Assembly: GCA_963778925.1 (NCBI GenBank)
Contig: CAVZWE010000020.1
Coordinates: 137,087-201,086 of the forward strand
From: an uncultured Alphaproteobacteria bacterium
GTDB lineage: Bacteria > Pseudomonadota > Alphaproteobacteria > Rhizobiales > Xanthobacteraceae
Direction: 5' to 3'
Length of the DNA: 64,000 nt
In this document: in pieces, positions 57,559-64,000 of the stretch
Layout of the letters: the number at the start of each line of letters is the position of its first letter
How positions within the stretch are numbered: position 1 is the first letter of the stretch
The notes under the pieces: generated by a model
Seen by the model: the letters and a program-made list of their open reading frames with translations, nothing else
Told to the model about the DNA's origin: nothing
Database searches by the model: none
Translations under genes and position numbers: made by a program

Positions 57559-58038
57559 GTGTCGAAGAATCTTGACGAAATCGACCTCAAAATCCTCAGC
57601 GAGATTCAGGCCGACGGCCGAATCACCAACGTTGAGCTGGCCAAACGCGTCGGTATCTCGCCGCCGCCCTGCCTGCGCCGGGTGCGGACGCTAGAGGAGG
57701 AGGGCTACATCCAGGGGTATCGCGGCCTGCTGGATCCGCGCCGGCTCGGCTTCGACGTTACCGTGTTCGCTTCCGTGCATCTGTCCAGCCAGGCCGACGC
57801 GGACTTGCGCGCGTTCGAGGATTTCGTTCGCGCCGAGCCCCTGGTGCGGGAATGCTGGATGCTGTCGGGCGAGGTCGATTTCATCCTCAAATGCGTGGCG
57901 CCCGACATGGGGACGTTTCAGGATTTCGTCACCCACCTGACCGCGGCACCCCATGTGCGCAATGTCAGGACATCGCTGGTGCTGCACAATTCCAAATTCG
58001 AAGCCGCGGTGCCGCTTGAGGTGAAAGTGCCGGGCTGA
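57559..58038 (+). CDS. Lrp/AsnC family regulator
   Basis: LDEIDLKILSEIQADGRITNVELAKRVGISPPPCLRRV. Confidence 0.92.
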   Translation: MSKNLDEIDLKILSEIQADGRITNVELAKRVGISPPPCLRRVRTLEEEGYIQGYRGLLDPRRLGFDVTVFASVHLSSQADADLRAFEDFVRAEPLVRECWMLSGEVDFILKCVAPDMGTFQDFVTHLTAAPHVRNVRTSLVLHNSKFEAAVPLEVKVPG

Positions 58039-58186
58039 GGGCGCCCGTACGCCTCGAAGGAAGCACCGCACAACGTGCCGTCATCGTTCGAGTAACGCGC
58101 AAACAACATGGAATAGCTGGGTCACGATAGTGTTAGGCGCCATGGAAGCGCGCCTCGCAACGTCTGGGCAGCAATGGGAGGATACA

Positions 58187-58642
58187 ATGGCCGAACGCGA
58201 TGAAGCGAAACTCATCTTCCCGGGCCTTGCCGCCTTCTACCAGCGCTTTTCCCCCTTCTCCTACGCCTTCATGCGCTTCGCTACCGGGGCGGTTCTGTTG
58301 CCGCACGGAATACAGAAGGTGTTGAATGTTCCGATTGCCAAATTTGCGCCGAACATCGCCGCCAAGGGGCTGCCGTTTGCGGAAGCGCTGGCCTATCTGA
58401 CCTATTTTGCCGAATCGGTCGCGGCTCTGTGCCTCGCCATCGGGTTGTTCACCCGGATCGCGGCGGCCGTGATCGGGATTGAAATGCTGATCATTGTTTT
58501 CCTGTTCCAATGGCAGTTCGGCTACTTCTGGACAGCCCGCGGATACGAGTACGCCTTGCTGTGGCTGCTGCTATGCATTGCCATCTTCTTCAAGGGCGGT
58601 GGCCGCTATTCGATCGATCGGCTGATCGGCAAGGAGTTTTGA
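58187..58642 (+). CDS. DoxX family membrane protein
   Basis: MRFATGAVLLPHGIQK, GLFTR, GYEY, GGGRYSID. Confidence 0.88.
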   Translation: MAERDEAKLIFPGLAAFYQRFSPFSYAFMRFATGAVLLPHGIQKVLNVPIAKFAPNIAAKGLPFAEALAYLTYFAESVAALCLAIGLFTRIAAAVIGIEMLIIVFLFQWQFGYFWTARGYEYALLWLLLCIAIFFKGGGRYSIDRLIGKEF

Positions 58643-58748
58643 CGTCGATTGTCCTTGCTGCGGCCATGAGCCAGACAGCCTCGCGCTCTAGATTCTTTTT
58701 TGACGCGTTTCTTCACGCGAACCGGTATCCACTTCGCTCGAAAACGCT

Positions 58749-59180
58749 TTAAGTCCGCCTTAGGTCCGGTTGAGGCGGCGTGCCGACGCGCAGGACAGCG
58801 TCGAGGCTGAGCGGTCCGCCGCCGGCCGCTGCCAGATAGAGACAAGCGAAACACAGCATGATGGCGAGCGTTCCCTCGTTGAGCAGCGGGAAGAAGCTCG
58901 CCGGAAAGTGTTCTATGAAATAGGCGAACGCCATCTCGCCCGACAGGATGAAGGCAGCGAGCCGGGTCAACAGACCCAGCATCAGCATCCCGCCGAGAAC
59001 CAGCTCGATCATGCCCGCGACGCCGAACAGCGACAGCGGCGTGACCTCCTCGAACATGGGGACGGGCGGAAACTTGAAAAGTTTCGCGACCCCGAACTGG
59101 AACAGTGAAAGGCCGGTGATGAATCTGAAAAGGCTGAGGAGGTAGGGTTGGTAGGCTGCGCCAATCCGATCCAGGCTCAT
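58749..59180 (-). CDS. DoxX family membrane protein
   Basis: FRFITGLSLFQFGVAK, GLLTRLAAFILSGEMAFAYF, GGGPLSLD. Confidence 0.88.
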   Translation of the reverse strand: MSLDRIGAAYQPYLLSLFRFITGLSLFQFGVAKLFKFPPVPMFEEVTPLSLFGVAGMIELVLGGMLMLGLLTRLAAFILSGEMAFAYFIEHFPASFFPLLNEGTLAIMLCFACLYLAAAGGGPLSLDAVLRVGTPPQPDLRRT

Positions 59181-59357
59181 GGTGTCCTCCGATAAAAAAC
59201 GTCAACGTACCAACGATTGGTTCACGGATCATGGCTTAGCCACCAGCAACCGCGCATCCAGGCGCGAGTGCCGACGGCTCGCCGAGGCGTCGTCGAGAGA
59301 GACGCAGCATAGCACGACTGCGCTTTCGCCTCTGTTCTTAAAATCCCCTTCGAACGG

Positions 59358-59768
59358 TCACCTACGCTGTCTCATGGCATCCAGGCTCCATGGGCCGGCG
59401 CCTGCAAACGCGAAAAACAGGAAAACGAAGCTGAAGAGCGCCGCAAGCTCGCCGCCATTGAGTATCGGATAGAACCCCTTGCTGGCGTGGGCCATGAAAT
59501 AGGCAGCCGCCGTGAAGCCGGAAAGAATGAAGGCGACCGGTCGCGTAAACAGGCCGATCGTGAACAGGATGCCCCCGATCAGTTCAATCAGCCCAGCCAC
59601 TCCCGACAGCGAGCCGATCTGAACGTGTGCAAAGGAGGAAACGACGGGAAAGCCGAGAATCTTGCCGGTGCCGTGCTGAAGCAAATCCAGCCCTGCAAAG
59701 ATACGGAGAACACTGAGGAGGCCAGGGGCGCCCGGCGCCCAGGCGGTGGACAGTCTTTCCGAATTCAT
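59358..59768 (-). CDS. DoxX family membrane protein
   Basis: LRIFAGLDLLQHGTGK, GLFTRPVAFILSG, NGGELA, GPWSLD. Confidence 0.88.
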   Translation of the reverse strand: MNSERLSTAWAPGAPGLLSVLRIFAGLDLLQHGTGKILGFPVVSSFAHVQIGSLSGVAGLIELIGGILFTIGLFTRPVAFILSGFTAAAYFMAHASKGFYPILNGGELAALFSFVFLFFAFAGAGPWSLDAMRQRR

Positions 59769-59984
59769 GGCTCGGGTCCCATTGGTTATAACGTACAACC
59801 ATCTTGCGAATGCGCGTATTACGTGGCGCGAACGGTGCCAACTCACAATGTTGTCGGCACGCCGTGACGCGCGCCCGCTCGCTTGGGTGCGCCTGCCCGG
59901 GCCGGCGCCGATGGATGCGCGCCAAGGATTTCCTGCGCGGGAAGTACTGGTGCGGGACAGATCCGGTGACTTTTCCCCAACCGA

Positions 59985-60380
59985 TCATTTGCGTCCCATC
60001 GTCGCATCAAGGCTCCACGGGCCCGGACCGGAAAAAAAGAAATAGATAAACACGAAACTGAAGAGCGAGGCGAGTTCGCCGTTGTTCAGGATCGGATGGA
60101 ATCCCTTCGGCGCGCTCACCATGAAATAGGCGACGGCCGCAAAGCCGGAAAGAATGAAGGCAACCGGCCGCGTGAACCAGCCGACAATGAAGAATGCGCC
60201 CCCGATCAGTTCGATGAGCCCACTGGCTCCGACCAGCGAATTGATATGAATGTTGGCGAAACTCTGCACGGCAGGAAAGCCGAGAATTTTTGCGGTGCCG
60301 TGGGCGAACAACAGCAGCCCGGCATAAATGCGCAACACGCTCAAGGCGCGCGGCGCCCATGCATTCAGTGTTTCATACAT
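59985..60380 (-). CDS. DoxX family membrane protein
   Basis: LRIYAGLLLFAHGTAK, GWFTRPVAFILSG, NNGELA, GPWSLD. Confidence 0.88.
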   Translation of the reverse strand: MYETLNAWAPRALSVLRIYAGLLLFAHGTAKILGFPAVQSFANIHINSLVGASGLIELIGGAFFIVGWFTRPVAFILSGFAAVAYFMVSAPKGFHPILNNGELASLFSFVFIYFFFSGPGPWSLDATMGRK

Positions 60381-60646
60381 GATCGTTTCCCCCTGATGGT
60401 TTGACGCCTTCGATTCGTATCGTGTCGCGGCGCTCAGGGAAACCACGTCGCGATAACAAAAATGGGCGGCGTTTCGCAGAGCAGCAAAGGAATAATGCGG
60501 CGGGCAAAGTGTTTGCGCGCGACCATGCATGATAATGCCGACGCCCTCGTCGCGGCGCCGTCGATCAGCGTCAACAAACAAAAAGGCCGGGAGAGTGTCC
60601 CGGCCCTTTTCCGCAAAATTCAAGAACGCCGTTCTGGACCAGACGA

Positions 60647-61045
60647 CTACGCCGCTGACCTTCGTCCACGCGTCCGCGGCGGCGCGATCAGCGCTTCTGC
60701 CGGAATGCTCCACTCGCGGTGCAGTTTCCAGGCCATTCTCATCGTGAGGGGACGCTTTTTGGTCAGGATGTCGGATGCGCGCTGGCGCGAGCCGAGCAGG
60801 CGGCCAAGATCGGCCTGGGTATAGCCGCCCGTTTCCATGCGGTAACGGATCGCCTCAACCGTCTCGGGCGGCTCGATCGGCCAGCGCTTGCGTTCATAGT
60901 CCTCGACGACCAACGTGAGAAGATCGAAGCGATCCGCTTCTGGGGTGCCCGGTCTTGGTTCGTTTTCGAAGTACCGCTCGATCTCTTCGAGGACCTCATC
61001 ATATTCGGTTTCGGTGCGAATTGGACGGATCATTTTTTTCGCCAT
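60647..61045 (-). CDS. higA: HigA-type HTH antitoxin (orphan)
   Basis: IRPIRTETEYDEVL...LVVEDYE...YTQADLGRLLGSRQRASDIL..KRPLT. Confidence 0.85.
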   Translation of the reverse strand: MAKKMIRPIRTETEYDEVLEEIERYFENEPRPGTPEADRFDLLTLVVEDYERKRWPIEPPETVEAIRYRMETGGYTQADLGRLLGSRQRASDILTKKRPLTMRMAWKLHREWSIPAEALIAPPRTRGRRSAA

Positions 61046-61147
61046 GACACGGTCTCCGGATCGATGCGTTGGTCGGCCGCCATGGCAGCCCACCCTTGCT
61101 ATCGCTCGGTCGGCGGTCTCCTCCTCGCCGTTTCCACGCGGCCGTTG

Positions 61148-61624
61148 CTAGCGCCACTCGACCTTGGTGATCTCGTAGGCCTTGGCGCCGCCGGGCGCCA
61201 TCACTTCCACGGAAGCGCCCTTCTTCTTGCCGATCAGCGCGCGCGCCAGCGGCGAGGTGATGGAGATGCGGCCCTTCTTGGCGTCGGCCTCCGGCTCGCC
61301 GACGATCTGCCACACCGCTTTCTTGTCGGTGTCCTCGTCGACCAGCGTGACGGTCGCGCCGAACTTGATGGTATCGCCGGAGAGCTTGGAGATGTCGATC
61401 ACGTCGGCCCGCGCCAGCTTGTCCTCCAGTTCGGCGATGCGGCCTTCATTGTGGGACTGCTCTTCCTTCGCGGCATGATATTCCGCGTTCTCCGAAAGGT
61501 CGCCATGCGAGCGCGCTTCCGCGATATGCTCGATGATGCGCGGACGCTCCACCGACTGGCGCTGCTTCAATTCGACCTCGAGGGCGGCATAGCCGCCGGC
61601 GGTCATCGGAACCTTTTCCATCAT
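61148..61624 (-). CDS. greA: Transcription elongation factor GreA
   Basis: [32 protein letters not shown]. Confidence 0.97.
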   Translation of the reverse strand: MMEKVPMTAGGYAALEVELKQRQSVERPRIIEHIAEARSHGDLSENAEYHAAKEEQSHNEGRIAELEDKLARADVIDISKLSGDTIKFGATVTLVDEDTDKKAVWQIVGEPEADAKKGRISITSPLARALIGKKKGASVEVMAPGGAKAYEITKVEWR

Positions 61625-61767
61625 CTCTGTCGTCCTTCAACATCATGCGGACCAATCCGCGGGCCACGCACAAACGCCGAAACAGAACACCCCCATGACT
61701 GGTGAGTTCCAGCCATGCCGGCTTCATTGCCGATCAATTGCCGGACGGAGCGCGCCCGGCCCAAAGA

Positions 61768-64000
61768 TCAGGTTTCGGAAAAATAACTCTGCAGCGTGCG
61801 GACCTCAAGGTCCCCGCCCAGATAGGCGCGGATGCCCTGCGCGGCCGCCACGGCACCCGAAAGAGTGGTGTAATATGGCACTTTATGCAAGAGGGCAGCG
61901 CGTCGCAACGACCGGCTGTCGGCCAGCGCCTGCGGCCCTTCCGTGGTGTTGAAGACCAGCTGGATATCGCCGTTCATGATGGCGTCGACGATATGCGGCC
62001 GTCCCTCCAGCACCTTGTTTACCTTTTCGGTCGGCACCCCGGAATCGGTCAGGAAACGCTGCGTCCCCGAGGTCGCCATCACCTTGAAGCCGACCGAGGA
62101 CAGTAGCCGCACCGCCTCCGCGATCCTGACCTTGTCGATGTCGCGGACCGAGACGAACACCGTGCCCTTGCGCGGCACGCGGGTGCCGCCGCCGAGCTGG
62201 CTCTTGGCGAAGGCTATTTCGAACGAGCGGTCGATGCCCATCACCTCGCCGGTCGAGCGCATCTCCGGACCCAGCACGGTATCGACGCCGGGGAAGCGCG
62301 CGAAGGGGAATACCGATTCCTTGACGCCGACATGGCAGAGCTTGCGCTTCCTGAGATTGAAGTCCGCAAGCTTCTCGCCGGCCATCAGCCGGGCTGCGAT
62401 CTTCGCCACCGGCATGCCGATCACTTTCGCCACGAACGGCACCGTGCGCGAGGCCCGCGGATTGACCTCGAGAACGTAGATGTCGCCGTCCTTAATGGCG
62501 TATTGCACGTTCATCAGTCCGACCACGTCGAGCCCGAGCGCCAGTTCACGCGTCTGCCGTTCCAGTTCGCCGATCATCGCGGCATCAAGCGAATGTGGCG
62601 GCAGCGAGCAGGCGGAATCGCCGGAGTGAATGCCGGCTTCCTCGATATGCTCCATGATGCCGACGATGAAGGTGTCCTTGCCGTCGCAGAGGCAATCGAC
62701 ATCGATCTCGATGGCATCCGACAGATAGCGGTCGAACAACAGCGGATTGGTGCCGAGCACGGTATTGATCTGCCCGGTCTTGTCGTTGGGGTAGCGCGCC
62801 TTGACATCGCCGGGCACCAGTTCCGGCAGAGTGCCGAGCAGGTAATCGCCGAGCTGATTTTCCTCGCGGATAATCTGCATCGCGCGGCCGCCGAGCACGT
62901 AGGACGGACGCACCACCAGCGGCAGCCCGAGATCGGCCGCCACCAGCCGTGCCTGCTCGACCGAATAGGCGATGCCGTTTTTCGGCTGCTTCAGGTGCAA
63001 TTTGTCGAGCACGCGCTTGAAGCGGTCGCGGTCTTCGGCAAGGTCGATGGCGTCGGGCGAAGTGCCGAGGATCGGCACATTGGCCGCTTCCAGCGCATGC
63101 GCGAGTTTTAGGGGCGTCTGGCCGCCGAACTGCACGATCACGCCGTGCAGCGAGCCGTTCTGCCGTTCGGTCGAGATGATTTCGAGCACGTCCTCCGCGG
63201 TCAGCGGTTCGAAATACAAACGGTCGGCGGTGTCGTAATCGGTCGACACCGTTTCCGGATTGCAGTTGATCATGATCGTTTCATAGCCGGCATCGTGCAG
63301 CGCAAAGCAGGCATGGCAGCAGCAATAGTCGAATTCGATGCCCTGGCCGATCCGGTTGGGTCCGCCGCCGAGGATGATGACCTTCTTCTTGTCCGAGGGG
63401 GCACTTTCGTCGGCGAGCTTGCCTGCGAACGGCGCCTCGTAGGTCGAATACATATAGGCGGTGGGGGAAGCGAATTCGGCCGCGCAGGTGTCGATCCGCT
63501 TGAAGGCCGGACGAACCCCGAGCGCGTGGCGTTTTGCCGTCACTTCGGCCTCGGTGGTATGAGACAGTACCGCCAGCCGCGCGTCGGAAAAGCCCATCGC
63601 CTTCAGGGTCCGCATGCCGAAGGCATTTTGCGGCAGGCCGTTTTTGCTGATCTTGCTTTCCATCTCGACGATGCCGCGCATTTCTCCAAGGAACCACGGA
63701 TCGATCTTGCAGGAGGTGAAGATCTCCTCATTGGTCCAGCCGAGCCGCATCGCCTGCGCCACCTGCAACAGCCGGTCCGGTGTCGGCGTGCCCAATGCCG
63801 CGCGGATCGCGTTCTTGTCGTCGCTGCGGCCGAGCCCCTCGATCTCGATTTCGTCGAGCCCGGTCAGCCCGGTTTCCAGCCCGCGCAGCGCCTTTTGCAG
63901 GCTCTCCTGGAAGGTGCGGCCGATCGCCATCACTTCGCCGACCGACTTCATCGAGGTGGTCAGCGTGGTGGAGGCGCCGGGAAATTTCTCGAACGCAAAA
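61768..64000 (-). CDS. carB: Carbamoyl-phosphate synthase large subunit (5' partial at window edge)
   Basis: [44 protein letters not shown] domain. Confidence 0.97.
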   Translation of the reverse strand, partial: FAFEKFPGASTTLTTSMKSVGEVMAIGRTFQESLQKALRGLETGLTGLDEIEIEGLGRSDDKNAIRAALGTPTPDRLLQVAQAMRLGWTNEEIFTSCKIDPWFLGEMRGIVEMESKISKNGLPQNAFGMRTLKAMGFSDARLAVLSHTTEAEVTAKRHALGVRPAFKRIDTCAAEFASPTAYMYSTYEAPFAGKLADESAPSDKKKVIILGGGPNRIGQGIEFDYCCCHACFALHDAGYETIMINCNPETVSTDYDTADRLYFEPLTAEDVLEIISTERQNGSLHGVIVQFGGQTPLKLAHALEAANVPILGTSPDAIDLAEDRDRFKRVLDKLHLKQPKNGIAYSVEQARLVAADLGLPLVVRPSYVLGGRAMQIIREENQLGDYLLGTLPELVPGDVKARYPNDKTGQINTVLGTNPLLFDRYLSDAIEIDVDCLCDGKDTFIVGIMEHIEEAGIHSGDSACSLPPHSLDAAMIGELERQTRELALGLDVVGLMNVQYAIKDGDIYVLEVNPRASRTVPFVAKVIGMPVAKIAARLMAGEKLADFNLRKRKLCHVGVKESVFPFARFPGVDTVLGPEMRSTGEVMGIDRSFEIAFAKSQLGGGTRVPRKGTVFVSVRDIDKVRIAEAVRLLSSVGFKVMATSGTQRFLTDSGVPTEKVNKVLEGRPHIVDAIMNGDIQLVFNTTEGPQALADSRSLRRAALLHKVPYYTTLSGAVAAAQGIRAYLGGDLEVRTLQSYFSET

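Noticed and set aside
7085-63697. Many long antisense or alternate-frame ORFs overlapping core genes (e.g. 7618-8532, 8508-9992, 21812-22999, 34451-35626, 56558-57454)
   Set aside because: Typical high-GC shadow ORFs with no recognisable motifs, opposite well-supported genes

Overview
GC-rich alphaproteobacterial chromosome segment, most similar to Bradyrhizobium/Nitrobacteraceae judging by gene content and intergenic repeat families. Core-like blocks: asmA-scoAB-MFS/ALDH/GntR (4.7-13.3 kb); metallophosphoesterase, PdhS-like kinase, two phasins and tRNA-His (33.2-39.6 kb); SBP and parA (47.5-50.2 kb); dapA-sRNA-lsrB-trxB-lrp-4x doxX-higA-greA-carB (53.8-64 kb). Three accessory regions interrupt these. 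(1) 1-4.6 kb: toxin-antitoxin genes, a HEPN/MtlR-like gene and a stand-alone proteasome-beta-like (Thr1/Asp17/Lys33) protease, separated by GTAG-type REP palindromes. (2) About 15.6-33.2 kb: a 17.6 kb mosaic of unrelated modules lying between two ~92% identical copies of the 3' end of a cNMP-binding gene. It is punctuated by a tripartite GTCCG..GGGTCA/CCCC/GTGCCAA..CGGAC repeat, and one copy is the insertion site of a 719-nt group II intron whose RT ORF is deleted. (3) About 39.6-47.4 kb: a decayed island at the tRNA-His 3' end carrying a SLATT-like protein, a pentapeptide-repeat protein, Cys-rich secreted proteins, Rhs relics and brnTA with a nonsense mutation in the toxin. The best novelty candidates are the tripartite repeat/cassette system with its intron parasite, a classical-looking ribosome-stalling attenuator with tandem Lys codons upstream of dapA, and the orphan proteasome-like protease. 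No CRISPR array, rRNA or intact integrase/transposase was seen. All family assignments come from motif recognition by eye; no database searches were run.
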